From sequence record NZ_CP084013.1: a stretch of 64,000 bases of DNA. One strand, 5' to 3'. A program made the translations under genes and the position numbers. Below, in pieces: positions 36,623 through 46,680 of the stretch. Position 1 is the first letter of the stretch; each line of letters starts with the position of its first letter. The notes beneath the pieces were generated by a model that worked only from the letters and a program-made list of their open reading frames with translations, was not told the DNA's origin and searched no databases. The DNA is from a plasmid.

Positions 36623-38884
36623 ATGTTGGCGAAGGATGATGATTGGCTGACGGCGGGGAATCAGTTGGATGATTCCCTGTTGATGGATGATTTGTGGGAT
36701 GATGATGCAGCTCCACAGGATGACAAAGGCACAGCGTCACATTCCACTGGTTCCACATTCCCACAGGACAATGCGGAAACGCTTCCACAGAAAGGCGATG
36801 GTGCAGGAAGTAGTTCCAATGTACCCACAGTTCCGCAATCCAACAGGGAATCCATTCCCGGTGAAAATGCGAACACGTTTCCACAGTATTTTGATGACTC
36901 ATTTCCACAGTCTGACGAAAGCACAACCCATCAGTCCGACAGCAACCCATTTCAACAGGAAGACGTAGACCCATTCCAACAGGATGACAGTCAATTGTCT
37001 ACACAGGAGAAAGAGGAATCGTTTTCACGTTCCAATGATTCCACTGTTTCACGTTCCAACAGCGCATCACTTTCACAGGAAGACGCGGAAACGATTCCTC
37101 ATTCCACTGAACACACAGTTCCACAGTCCGACAAAACGACAGATTCGCAGGACAGCAAAGGCACAGCTTCACGTCCCATCAGGACGACAGCCCCCCAGAA
37201 CACTGTCGACCCAGTTCAACAGGACACTGCGGATACGACTCCACAGGAGAATGCGAAAAACCCCGATCAGATAGACCTACTCGCCAACGGCTACGACCCG
37301 TTCAAGGAATTCATCGACTCAGCAGAAGACCATAACGACAAGAAATCAGAAGAACAGTCTGCTGTTTCCGCATTTCCGCAGAACAATGAGGAAACACGGG
37401 AACAAGGAAAAGGCCCGGAGGAATACGACCCGTTCGAGCAATTCGACCTGCAATCGGACGATTCCAGCGAACCGACAACGGAACAGAACGAACGTCGAGA
37501 CGACAACATCATACAAGACAGTTCCGCAGATTCAAAGAAAAACGTTGATATGCAGGAACAGGGAGACATTGAAACTGTTTTCCCATCCAATGTTCCTATG
37601 CAAAATCAATGGAACAGCGAAACAGAAGAACAGTATGACAGTTCGTCCTTCCAACAGGAAGACAGTTCCCCAGTAAGACAGGACACTGGCGAAACATACC
37701 CGAAGGACACGGACTCTGCGGATCCATTCGACCTTTGGGATGACCCATCCGAACCTCCGGAGGGGGGACCACAAACATCGTCCCCATCCGCCGGAAGCCT
37801 TGGCGCGGATGATTACCCAACGCAAACATTCCAGACGGGAGATGACTTTTGGAGCCAGACGGACGACGAATCGAACGATCAGTGGAATACAGGCCAGCAA
37901 ACGAATGGCATGCCCCCGCAACAATTCGACAATCCGCCATTCCCACAGGTAAATGTCTTCCCAGTTGAACACCAGTATGATTCCCCATTCCCACAGGAAA
38001 ACACTGATACAGAAAATAGGGGAAATGGTGGAACGCTGATAAAGATTATCGCAGTCGCGGCCGCCATACTCATAGGCCTCGGAGCACTGATAGGCGGGGG
38101 AGCGTACACCTATCACGCATACACCACTCACGTCGCGGAACAGCAGGCCGAAGCCGACCGCAAACAGCGCCAACAATCCCTGGTGAAGGCACAGAACAAA
38201 TGGGACGGGAGGAAACGGAAGGCCGATGACCTGGTCTCCACGATCAAAGCCAGTCCCGTCGCGGAAAACAGCGACGTGCAAAAAGCCATGGAAGCCCTCC
38301 AGAAAACAACCACAGGGAATCCGATGACTGAAAAAGACATCACATCGGCCCTGGAAAAACTGGACGGCGAATATGAGAAAACCAACAGAACCTACACGGA
38401 TGCAATGCAGGCAAAAGCCAAGGAAACCAGAACGACACTCGACGGTCTGGTACAGCAGGCAAATGGTCTTGCTGACGCTCCTGACGGCAACGACAAGAAG
38501 CAGATGCAAAGCCTCGCATCCCAGTGGAAAAGCACGGAAATAACGTCTGACAACCTGTCCGACGCTATTTCGGCTTCGACCGAGCTGAAGAACCTCATCT
38601 CCAAAGTGGATAAAGCCAAGAAGGATGCGGACGCGAAGAAGAAAGCCGAGGAAGAGGCCAAGGCAAAAGCGGAAGCGGAACGACAGGCCCAAGCCCAACA
38701 GGAGCAGCAGCAGGCGCAGCAGCCTCAGCAGAATCCATACGGGAACATGTACTACTGGGGCGGGGGATATGGTTCGACTGGTGGATCAACCGGCGGATCA
38801 ACCGGCAACAGTGGGGGAGGGGTATCCCCGCAACCGCAGCAGGAGATGCCACCCAAGGGCAACAGTGGCGGCAACGTCGGCTGA
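36623..38884 (+). CDS. large acidic repeat protein with a central TM helix and C-terminal coiled coil, hypothetical
   Basis: The N-terminal roughly 470 aa are low-complexity, with about 15 degenerate '(D/N)xxT(F/V)PQ' repeats. TM helix 'LIKIIAVAAAILIGLGALIGGGAY'. The C-terminus is K/E/A/Q-rich and ends in a GGSTGGSTG tail. GC content is markedly lower than in the neighbouring DNA. A GTG at 36617 is an alternative start. Confidence 0.5.
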   Translation: MLAKDDDWLTAGNQLDDSLLMDDLWDDDAAPQDDKGTASHSTGSTFPQDNAETLPQKGDGAGSSSNVPTVPQSNRESIPGENANTFPQYFDDSFPQSDESTTHQSDSNPFQQEDVDPFQQDDSQLSTQEKEESFSRSNDSTVSRSNSASLSQEDAETIPHSTEHTVPQSDKTTDSQDSKGTASRPIRTTAPQNTVDPVQQDTADTTPQENAKNPDQIDLLANGYDPFKEFIDSAEDHNDKKSEEQSAVSAFPQNNEETREQGKGPEEYDPFEQFDLQSDDSSEPTTEQNERRDDNIIQDSSADSKKNVDMQEQGDIETVFPSNVPMQNQWNSETEEQYDSSSFQQEDSSPVRQDTGETYPKDTDSADPFDLWDDPSEPPEGGPQTSSPSAGSLGADDYPTQTFQTGDDFWSQTDDESNDQWNTGQQTNGMPPQQFDNPPFPQVNVFPVEHQYDSPFPQENTDTENRGNGGTLIKIIAVAAAILIGLGALIGGGAYTYHAYTTHVAEQQAEADRKQRQQSLVKAQNKWDGRKRKADDLVSTIKASPVAENSDVQKAMEALQKTTTGNPMTEKDITSALEKLDGEYEKTNRTYTDAMQAKAKETRTTLDGLVQQANGLADAPDGNDKKQMQSLASQWKSTEITSDNLSDAISASTELKNLISKVDKAKKDADAKKKAEEEAKAKAEAERQAQAQQEQQQAQQPQQNPYGNMYYWGGGYGSTGGSTGGSTGNSGGGVSPQPQQEMPPKGNSGGNVG

Positions 38885-38890
38885 AAAAAA

Positions 38891-38925
38891 CGGGAAAGCC
38901 GAGGCAATTGACCTCGGCTTTCCCG
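38891..38925 (-). terminator. hairpin terminator (followed by a T-tract on the minus strand), possibly bidirectional
   Basis: CGGGAAAGCCGAGG ... CCTCGGCTTTCCCG. On the minus strand it is followed by TTTTTTT. Confidence 0.6.
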
Positions 38926-38987
38926 TTAATCCCATCGTTTTGCCGTGAGGGTGCCCCCGCCTTTAGGCGTGGGGAGGACGTCAAACA

Positions 38988-40163
38988 TCAGAACATGTCG
39001 GGATAATCCTCATCGTCCACGTCATCATCTTCAACCTCGACAGGAGCCGGCTTACGACGGCCCCACGAAGAGGTCTTCTTCGGACGATGGCGCGGAGCTT
39101 CCTCCTCGTCCTCGTCCTCGTCCACGTCATCATCTTCAACCTCGACAGGCTTCGGACGACGACGGGAAACGGCAGCCTTGCGACGTGGCTTGACCGCGAT
39201 TTCACCGGTATCCTCGTCCACCTCATCATCGGAATCAGCCTCATCGAAGTCAGTATCCGCAAGAAGGGCCGCCTCATCATCGGCCTTGGAAGGCTTTGCG
39301 TTCACATGCTTGTCTCGCCAAGCGATAAGAGCCTCGATATCCTCATCGGTGAAGTCCTCATCGTATTCGAAGCTTCCATCTCGCACGCCTCCGCCAACAA
39401 TCGTGAGATTATCCAAACGATAGCTGACACCGCTACCGGTCTGAGTCTTCCACGCACGTGCCGTAACCGAAGCCTGCACGTTCTGACCGGGATACACCAG
39501 CTTATCCCATAAGACCTTGACTTCCTTGGCCTTGGCATCACGCTCCTGAGCCTCCTCAAGATTGCGCGTCGCCTCCAGAACGAGCGTCTTCGCCTCCTCC
39601 CGAGCGTCTTCATCAGCCGTAGCGTAAGCGGCTCGGGCATCATTAAGATTGGCTTGAGCGGCCTGAATGTCCTCCTTTGTCCCGAGAATCGGTTCGGGGA
39701 GCTCACGCAGGATTCCTTCATCGTCGATGTAGCGGATTCCGGGACGACCAGCCTTGGAGCTACGACTGAAGTTCACATAAAAATGGTTGGCTCGATTCGG
39801 ATATTTATCGGTCATGAGGACGGTTTTATCACCGTCAAGGATTTCATCCTCGTCGGCATCCTTGAGACCGTCATTGGAAACGATACGATCCTTCTTGCCC
39901 CATTTCTTCAAGGCGATGGCGTTGGCTTCCGCATTCTTGCTCAGCTTCTGAAGGATTCGGACGGTTCGCATGTGATCGGGGTCATCCTTGTCGAGAAGCA
40001 CAGGGAACCCGTATGCAGGCGTGCTTTCGTTTTTCTTCTTATCGTCCTTCTTGGCGGACTTGTCATCGTCCTTGTTTCCCTTGAATGCGACCGCCTCGTA
40101 GAGCTTGGGCCATCCCATCTGGATGACTCCGGTTTTCGCGTGAGTTAGCAGTTCTGTTGCCAT
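38988..40163 (-). CDS. hypothetical protein with an acidic C-terminal tandem repeat
   Basis: GGAGG RBS 7 nt before the ATG at 40163. The C-terminus, 'RRRPKPVEVEDDDVDEDEDEEE ... RRKPAPVEVEDDDVDDEDYPDMF', is encoded by a roughly 60-bp direct repeat at 38999-39060 and 39107-39168. Confidence 0.5.
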   Translation of the reverse strand: MATELLTHAKTGVIQMGWPKLYEAVAFKGNKDDDKSAKKDDKKKNESTPAYGFPVLLDKDDPDHMRTVRILQKLSKNAEANAIALKKWGKKDRIVSNDGLKDADEDEILDGDKTVLMTDKYPNRANHFYVNFSRSSKAGRPGIRYIDDEGILRELPEPILGTKEDIQAAQANLNDARAAYATADEDAREEAKTLVLEATRNLEEAQERDAKAKEVKVLWDKLVYPGQNVQASVTARAWKTQTGSGVSYRLDNLTIVGGGVRDGSFEYDEDFTDEDIEALIAWRDKHVNAKPSKADDEAALLADTDFDEADSDDEVDEDTGEIAVKPRRKAAVSRRRPKPVEVEDDDVDEDEDEEEAPRHRPKKTSSWGRRKPAPVEVEDDDVDDEDYPDMF

Positions 40164-40240
40164 GATGGTTCCTCCTTGACGATTTGACGATCGCTCCACA
40201 GTGCATTGAGGATGGGAGTTTTCGTCTTCTCTTCTTTTTT

Positions 40241-40265
40241 CTATGTGGACATATTCAAATATACG
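40241..40265 (-). promoter_or_regulatory. conserved element motif (reverse orientation), upstream of the minus-strand gene 38988-40163
   Basis: The plus strand reads CTATGTGGACATATTCAAATATACG, the reverse complement of the motif, about 75 nt upstream of the start at 40163. Confidence 0.55.
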
Positions 40266-40435
40266 CAGTTATCTGAACATGTATATTATTCGGCGTGTTG
40301 CCTTTATTTCCAAGGCGTTTCTCCTTGTTAGAGAATGCTGAAAAACGCAGTTTTCTGCATGTTGTACAATGGGAGCGTGAACACAACCAGAAGACTGGAC
40401 GACACCAGTCCGACCACTGCATCCAGGAGAGGCGA

Positions 40436-41083
40436 ATGAACCAGCTATCAATCAGACGCCTGCGCCAGCTAGCAGGAAAAACCAAAAACGAGATAGCCGA
40501 CCTGCTGGGCATGAGCGTCAACACGTACAGCAAGTACGAGGACAACCCCATGAGCCTGTCCTACGCCGCATACCATCAGCTCATCGAATATCTCGAAACA
40601 GCAATCCAAATCAGGAAAAAACTGGAAAAGGAGCAACCTATGAACACCCCCATCAAAGCGAAAGTCCGATTCGTCGCACCCGACGAAGACGACGAGGACC
40701 GTCTCAGCGACTACACAGTGCCGATCCCCGAAGGACTGACCGAGGAATTCCACCCCTCGCAACCCGTCACACCGAAGCAGCTCCTCGACTGGGAAACCAA
40801 GAACAAGGAACCATACCCGGGTTATTCGGAGGAATTCTTCAACTGGGAGAACGCTTGGGAAGAGGTCAACCGCGCCCAGCAGAAAGCCGATGGCGGATAT
40901 CTCCACCTCTCCGACCCGGTGCCCGTCAGCCCGGAGTTCGACGAGACGACCGGAGAACCCATCACCTACGACGAGCCTCACGTCGTCGTGGATCCGGAAA
41001 GCGGCAACACCAGCGTGTACGTCGACGAGGCTGACATGTCAGCCCAGGAAATCGCCGAATCCGATCCAGTGAACAACAAGTAG
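40436..41083 (+). CDS. XRE-family HTH transcriptional regulator
   Basis: GGAGAGG RBS. N-terminal HTH 'IRRLRQLAGKTKNEIADLLGMSVNTYSKYE'. Confidence 0.65.
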   Translation: MNQLSIRRLRQLAGKTKNEIADLLGMSVNTYSKYEDNPMSLSYAAYHQLIEYLETAIQIRKKLEKEQPMNTPIKAKVRFVAPDEDDEDRLSDYTVPIPEGLTEEFHPSQPVTPKQLLDWETKNKEPYPGYSEEFFNWENAWEEVNRAQQKADGGYLHLSDPVPVSPEFDETTGEPITYDEPHVVVDPESGNTSVYVDEADMSAQEIAESDPVNNK

Positions 41084-41158
41084 CCTCCCCACATACCGTT
41101 CCGGCATGCTCCGTCCATAGGCATGCCCGGAACTTGAATCCAAGAAGGAAAGACACCA

Positions 41159-42088
41159 ATGGCCTACGCGAAAATCATCGACATCGACGACCCCGGCTAC
41201 TTCCGGTTGAAATCAATCGACCAAAGCCAATTGAAACAATTCCTGAAAAACCCGGCCGACTGGGCATATCACCGTCTCAACGACGACCACAAGCCCACCG
41301 ACGCCATGAAGTTCGGTACGGCGTTCCACGCTTACCTGCTCGGCACCAGCGACGTTGTCAGCCTGCCTGAGGGAGAGAGCTTCAGGAGCAAAGACAACCA
41401 GAAGTGGCGAGCAGACCAGCTGGAAGCAGGAAACATCATCGTCTCCTACAATGACATGCAACTGCTCAAACGCATGAAAGAAGGCATCGAACAGACCAGT
41501 CTCATGCCCGAATACCCCGATTACATGGAAATCATCGAACAGGGAACCAAGGAACAGTGCATCGAATGGAAGGACCGTCAAACCGGTCTGATGCTCAAGG
41601 CGAAGCCTGATCTGATTCCTGCCGGCACCGATTACCTGGTCGATTTGAAAACCGCCCAGAAGGCCGACGCGGAATCATTCGCCAAGGAAGTCATCAACTA
41701 CGGTTATCACATTCAGACCGTTTTCTACCGTGCCGCGGTAGCCGCATGCAAGCCGGACGCCTTCGACCGTGGATCCAAGGCTCCCAGCACCATGCAATTC
41801 TGGGTGTTCGAGAAATCCGATGCCTGCGACTGGCAGCCTTTCAGCATCAGCGATGACAATCCGATCACGAATCTTGCCGCGACCAGCATCCGCCAAGCAC
41901 TCTTGGGCATCGCCTTGATGGTCAAGAAAGCCAAGGAGGAAGGCTACGCAGAGAACACTCCAGACCCCGTGGACGCCGCCGCGAAGTATGCGCTCCGACA
42001 TGGTTTCAACAAGAAGGTCAAGGAGGTTTCGTTCCAGAACTGGCAGCTGCTGACTGCGGAAAACATGCTCTGCGATCTCGCCAGCTGA
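41159..42088 (+). CDS. PD-(D/E)XK-family nuclease (YqaJ/RecB-like exonuclease)
   Basis: 'MLKAKPDLIPAGTDYLVDLKTAQ' matches the D...(D/E)xK catalytic signature. Confidence 0.6.
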   Translation: MAYAKIIDIDDPGYFRLKSIDQSQLKQFLKNPADWAYHRLNDDHKPTDAMKFGTAFHAYLLGTSDVVSLPEGESFRSKDNQKWRADQLEAGNIIVSYNDMQLLKRMKEGIEQTSLMPEYPDYMEIIEQGTKEQCIEWKDRQTGLMLKAKPDLIPAGTDYLVDLKTAQKADAESFAKEVINYGYHIQTVFYRAAVAACKPDAFDRGSKAPSTMQFWVFEKSDACDWQPFSISDDNPITNLAATSIRQALLGIALMVKKAKEEGYAENTPDPVDAAAKYALRHGFNKKVKEVSFQNWQLLTAENMLCDLAS

Positions 42089-42156
42089 TTGCCTGAGGGT
42101 TGACGGAGAGGACCATCCAGCACGATGATCCTCTCTTCTTTTTTTTATCGTTTGCT

Positions 42157-42185
42157 CGTTATACTGAATATGTCCACATACAGTA
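42157..42185 (+). promoter_or_regulatory. conserved element motif
   Basis: TCGTTATACTGAATATGTCCACATACAG, about 22 nt before the ATG at 42207. Confidence 0.6.
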
Positions 42186-42206
42186 AAGACGACAGAACCA
42201 ACGCCA

Positions 42207-43253
42207 ATGCCATCAGCACCTCGAACACGCCGGACAACATCCAGCAATCCAAGAAAACCAGCCAACTACAAACGCAGAGGCTACGCCCACGAGTTCACCA
42301 TCCCAATCGAATGGTGGAGTACGACCGACACCATACAGACGGAACGCATGCGAGCCAGACGAAGGGCATGGGTGAGGGACTACGCGAAAAACGAATGGCG
42401 CAACCTCAAGAAAACAGGAAAAGCCTGGAAAGTGGAACGGTTCATCGCCCTTATAGGCGTAGCCTGTCCAAGCCAGAAAAACATTTTCCCGGCGAGAGCG
42501 GCCGAAACCATCAAACCCATCATCGACGGTGGCAGTGATGCCCGACTCTGGGACGACGATGACAGCCAGCACCGGCACAGCACCGTATACATCCAACTGC
42601 CAACACCGGCACCAGTCAACCATTACAGGCTGAGCGTGCTCATCATCCCGGTGCCGGAATCAATGCCGAAATACCAGATCACCTCACGTCTCGCATCGAA
42701 CATCGACCAGCATTGGCGAAATAATCCCAATCCGCCGGCATGGCACGACGGGTACTCGGTGTCATTCACGATTCCCGACAAACAGTGGATAACCAGCAAC
42801 TATACGGATAGTGACCTCATCGCCAGACAGAACGGCGAACGGAAATCAGCCACATGGGGGAGGGGAGGCAGCTTCGGCATTCGGGAACGAGTACGCGCAC
42901 AACTCATCGAACTGGCCTTCCAACAGTGGAAAAGACAAGCCTACCGTCCGTATGAAAGATTCGCCATCATCGCCGGAATCGCATACCCGTACGGGGTGAA
43001 AACCGCCGACCCTGACAATGCGGCGGAAACGGTGAACACCATACTGCATTCGGGAACCCGCATCGGAGCCTGGCCGGATGTGAACAGCCAGCATTGCAGG
43101 GGAGTGGCTTTCGTACGTCTGCCGAATCTCATGACGGGAAACCATATGGTCAGACTTTTTGTTTTCCCGGTGCCCGAGAATTTTCAGATGGCGCAGAGCA
43201 TAGCCGAAAGCTCCATCGACGCTTGGGGCGAACATGATCGGAGGATGCGTTGA
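42207..43253 (+). CDS. protein with two tandem RusA-like (Holliday-junction resolvase) domains, putative
   Basis: An internal duplication: both halves end in 'PVPE' and carry a 'DxDN..E/K' pattern typical of RusA ('PDNAAETVNTILHSGTRIGAWPDVNSQH'). Confidence 0.4.
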   Translation: MPSAPRTRRTTSSNPRKPANYKRRGYAHEFTIPIEWWSTTDTIQTERMRARRRAWVRDYAKNEWRNLKKTGKAWKVERFIALIGVACPSQKNIFPARAAETIKPIIDGGSDARLWDDDDSQHRHSTVYIQLPTPAPVNHYRLSVLIIPVPESMPKYQITSRLASNIDQHWRNNPNPPAWHDGYSVSFTIPDKQWITSNYTDSDLIARQNGERKSATWGRGGSFGIRERVRAQLIELAFQQWKRQAYRPYERFAIIAGIAYPYGVKTADPDNAAETVNTILHSGTRIGAWPDVNSQHCRGVAFVRLPNLMTGNHMVRLFVFPVPENFQMAQSIAESSIDAWGEHDRRMR

Positions 43254-43597
43254 ACCTGAGACAAGTGCTAGTCCAGACCGTGATAGGACTCATCGCTATC
43301 CTCATAGCCGTCCTATATGCGATGTTCATCGTCCCGCAGGACTGGTTCATCGACTCCAGGGAATCAGTCGTCACCATATCGGTCATAATCTGCGCGACCG
43401 GATACATCATCACGGTCTGGGCCCGTTATATCCGTCATCTCACACGCCGGAGAATCGATCAACGAATCATCCGCGACGCCGAATCCGAGATGAAAAAAGG
43501 TCTTTGGCAAAAACCGAAAATTCTTCGAAATGAACCGACCGCAACCATACGATTGGACAGGAAGCACATCCGACAATCTCAGAGAAAGAGCCGATAA
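43250..43597 (+). CDS. small membrane protein (2 TM), TTG start
   Basis: GGAGGA RBS. TTGA overlap with the upstream stop. Confidence 0.4.
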   Translation: MNLRQVLVQTVIGLIAILIAVLYAMFIVPQDWFIDSRESVVTISVIICATGYIITVWARYIRHLTRRRIDQRIIRDAESEMKKGLWQKPKILRNEPTATIRLDRKHIRQSQRKSR

Positions 43598-45129
43598 TGG
43601 TATGGACTCCAGCAACACAGCCGCGTGACCCCCTTGGCAGATTCCGTAAAACCAATCTCGTCCCCGGCGAATACACGTACACCACGCGCAGCGGCATCGT
43701 CAAGAAATACTATGTCAACGATATGAACCAGCTGGCAGACGGGTCCACCATCCTGCACATGAGCGCCCAAGGCAAGGTGTTCGGCAGTTTCAAGACCCAG
43801 AACCCCATCGAACGCATCCACATCATCGGCAACAGCGATATGGAACAGATGGCCGTCGCGGCGTCCGGGGAAACCACATTCGGCGTGATCAACCACAGCA
43901 AGGCCGCCCCACCGGACGTGTTCAGCCTCAACCGCGGACACGATTTCCAACCGGTCGGCTCCAACCTGCCGGACGGGGAAACATCCTTTGGGGGAAGAGC
44001 GGCTCAAATCACCGGCCGTCCGGACGGGAAAACCTATGACACGTTGAACGCCCAGAAAGCCGAACAAGCCAACCTCGCGGCGTTCGCAGACCCAAGCAAC
44101 CGCGTCTATTCCGCTGACCCCGGCGACTTCGCCGAAGCTGCGGTCCAGGCACGTCATTACTACGAGAAGGAGTTCGGGCTCAGCGAATCCCAAGCCCGGG
44201 AAATGCCGGTCTACGTGTATGCGGACAAGAACGGCAACGTCACCGTGAAACCCGCATACAAGCCTGAAAGCGTTCCCATGAGCGAACTGGGAATGCAGCC
44301 AGGCGACCCGGTGCCGGAAGGCTTCCATGTGAACGGGGACAATCTCGTCGCCATGGTGCCCCAGCGGAGCCCCAACACGCATGGAGGCAGCGGCAGCGTC
44401 CGTCTCCGTGGCCGTGACCTCACTCGCATGACCAGGGCCATGCAGAAGGATGGTCTCAAGAGCGTCGACTTCACCGTGAGCGGAGGCACCAAGGTCTCGG
44501 CAAAAAGCGGCAAACCGTTGCAGAACGCCTTGCATTTCCGCACCGACTACATGAACCCCCACAGCGGAGACGACATCACCGTATGGGGTTCCATCGAAGC
44601 GAAACAGTACGGGACGCAGCCGGTCAAGGCACGCAGGGAGTTCACCACCAACGAGGAATTCCAAGACTATACGCGCAAGGTGCAAGCAGTCCGCGAACGG
44701 GCGGCCGCACCATACGTGGATCCGCAATCCCCACAGGCAGCCGCGAAACTGCTGCGAGCCAAGTATGGAACGAATCGGTTCTACAGCAGCGACATCCAGA
44801 TGCGCGACGGCAAAGAGGGAGTGGCCTTTGCCGTCAATACTCCCGGCGGACACGCCCGCATGCTGTCCAACGGGAACGGTGTCTGCATCGGCAAGGAGCC
44901 GGCCGACGCGGAGGGCTTCGCATCCATGTTCAATAACGGCAAGAGTCCGGCCAATCGTATCACCGCCGACAACGTGAAGGTCTTGTCGGATGGTAATTTC
45001 CGCGTCCGGAAAAACGGTCAGGAAACGTTCTACACGCCATCCCTGTCCACTACCCGCGGGACTCGTAGCCGCAACGGAAAACTTTACGGCTACAACGAGG
45101 CCGGAGATTTCGTCAACTTACCGCGATGA
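43597..45129 (+). CDS. hypothetical protein
   Basis: 510-aa ORF with no recognisable motif. Its start overlaps the upstream stop. Confidence 0.45.
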   Translation: MVWTPATQPRDPLGRFRKTNLVPGEYTYTTRSGIVKKYYVNDMNQLADGSTILHMSAQGKVFGSFKTQNPIERIHIIGNSDMEQMAVAASGETTFGVINHSKAAPPDVFSLNRGHDFQPVGSNLPDGETSFGGRAAQITGRPDGKTYDTLNAQKAEQANLAAFADPSNRVYSADPGDFAEAAVQARHYYEKEFGLSESQAREMPVYVYADKNGNVTVKPAYKPESVPMSELGMQPGDPVPEGFHVNGDNLVAMVPQRSPNTHGGSGSVRLRGRDLTRMTRAMQKDGLKSVDFTVSGGTKVSAKSGKPLQNALHFRTDYMNPHSGDDITVWGSIEAKQYGTQPVKARREFTTNEEFQDYTRKVQAVRERAAAPYVDPQSPQAAAKLLRAKYGTNRFYSSDIQMRDGKEGVAFAVNTPGGHARMLSNGNGVCIGKEPADAEGFASMFNNGKSPANRITADNVKVLSDGNFRVRKNGQETFYTPSLSTTRGTRSRNGKLYGYNEAGDFVNLPR

Positions 45130-45139
45130 CGAGCATCGC

Positions 45140-46625
45140 GGCTTGTCCCTGTCCAGCGGTAAAAGCGAGACATTCGTGATGATTGTCTCTCCCGCCTTTG
45201 ATTCCGTTTCCCCGAGGGGTTGCGGTGACGGAACATCATGGGATGGTTGGCTGCACCCCTGCGACGTCAAGCGTGTTGGCGTCGCACTGCATCACGGTAA
45301 GGTCGTAGCCTTTGTGACGCAGGTTCATCGCGGCTATCCGGTCGTCGTTCGACCGGTAGCCGCAGTTGCGGCAGCGGAACGTGTGCGTTTCCTTGTTGCG
45401 GTTCTTGCGGGACACGTATCCGCATCGGGGGCATGTCTGGCTCGTGTACGCTGGGTCCACTGCTATCGTGGCCTGCCCGTTGCGGGCGGCCTTGTATTCG
45501 ATGAACGAGCGGAGTTGGCTGAACGCCCACGAGACTTGCACGTAACGTTGTTGGACTTTCACGGTTTCCGCCGTATTGCGGATGCCTGTGAGGTCTTCGA
45601 GCGTGAAGAGCGTGTCCTTGCCGTACTGGTTGACGAGTGCCTTAGAGACCTGATGGTTGATGTCGGTCATCCAACGGTTTTCTCGACTGCCTATGGCTTT
45701 GAGACGTTTTCTCGCGCTGCGCGTGCCCCTGTGTTGCAACTGTTTGCGGAGTTCCTTGTATTTGCCGCGCCGGTGTTTCACCTCCTTCCCATCGTAGAAA
45801 ACGGTGCGCTCCCCGTCGTAGGAGGTAGCAAGGAACCGGATACCCAGGTCGATGCCGACGATGGTCTTCGGATGTTCCGTGGCATCCGGCGTTGGGATGG
45901 TGACGGGGATGAGCAGATGCCATTTGTCCCGCTTGCGGATGAGGCGTGCGGTTCCGAACCTCCCATGCCGGTATTGGTCGGGAATGCTGGCCCATTCGGC
46001 TTTCACTTTGATGCGCCCATCCATGACGGGGAGGCTGAACAGGCCTGTCTTGGTGGAGTACGAGTAGTCCCTGTTCCACAACAGGTCGGCACCGTCCGGC
46101 GCATACTGGGGTTTGATACTGTAATATGCTGGGATTTTCCTCCTCTTGCGCCTCTTCCCGTTCTTCTTACCTTTGCTCTCCTCGCGGAGGTTAGCGATTC
46201 GCGTGTGGATGGCCTTGTAGTTGGCGATGACCCGGCGTATCGCCGATTGGGTCATCTGCGCGAGCAGCCCATGGGTTTCGCGCAACTGGTGGTAGATGGC
46301 CTTGTTGATTTTCTTCTGGCTGAGCGTGTGCGTGGAGTCCACGTAGTCAGCCACGTCGTTGCAGCAGTCGGCGAACGTCGAACACAACGCTGCGAGAGCG
46401 TCCGCTTGCCGCCGTGTGGGCGATAGACGGACGCACATCGTCAACGTCAACTCAGCCATCAAACCTCCAATAAGACAAATAATATCATAAACTTAGTGGA
46501 AAGAAAAGTGGCGTTCACCCGCGACGACAAGCATCGCGGTACCCCGCCATAAACACTCATGGAATTGCCGAATCGCTGACTCTAGGAAAATGCCGGGTGG
46601 TTTTTACTTCCCGGCATTTTACCTG
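45140..46625 (-). mobile_element. solo-tnpB IS element (IS1341-like)
   Basis: tnpB only. An inverted repeat, AAAATGCCGGG...CCCGGCATTTT, at 46589-46622 flanks the 5' side. The omega-RNA region is expected between about 45130 and 45240. Confidence 0.6.
45236..46459 (-). CDS. tnpB: TnpB (IS605/IS1341 family)
   Basis: 'CPRCGYVSRKNRNKETHTFRCRNCGYRSNDDRIAAMNL' forms the zinc ribbon and RuvC-III motif. Confidence 0.8.
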   Translation of the reverse strand: MAELTLTMCVRLSPTRRQADALAALCSTFADCCNDVADYVDSTHTLSQKKINKAIYHQLRETHGLLAQMTQSAIRRVIANYKAIHTRIANLREESKGKKNGKRRKRRKIPAYYSIKPQYAPDGADLLWNRDYSYSTKTGLFSLPVMDGRIKVKAEWASIPDQYRHGRFGTARLIRKRDKWHLLIPVTIPTPDATEHPKTIVGIDLGIRFLATSYDGERTVFYDGKEVKHRRGKYKELRKQLQHRGTRSARKRLKAIGSRENRWMTDINHQVSKALVNQYGKDTLFTLEDLTGIRNTAETVKVQQRYVQVSWAFSQLRSFIEYKAARNGQATIAVDPAYTSQTCPRCGYVSRKNRNKETHTFRCRNCGYRSNDDRIAAMNLRHKGYDLTVMQCDANTLDVAGVQPTIP

Positions 46626-46649
46626 TTATACTGAATCTGTCCACATAGA
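46622..46649 (+). promoter_or_regulatory. conserved element motif
   Basis: TGTTATACTGAATCTGTCCACATAGAAA, about 32 nt before the ATG at 46681. Confidence 0.6.
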
Positions 46650-46680
46650 AAAAAGTGAAGTCAGGAGACCCAAATCCACC

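Noticed and set aside
37532-38698. 388-aa minus-strand ORF
   Set aside because: Antisense to the repeat-protein gene. Its composition, rich in Phe, Leu and Cys with low complexity, is dictated by the sense-strand repeats.
43579-46426. Long antisense ORFs (424 aa minus-strand and 478 aa plus-strand)
   Set aside because: They are shadows of the 43597-45129 gene and of tnpB at 45236-46459 respectively. The TnpB zinc-ribbon and RuvC motifs identify the true strand.
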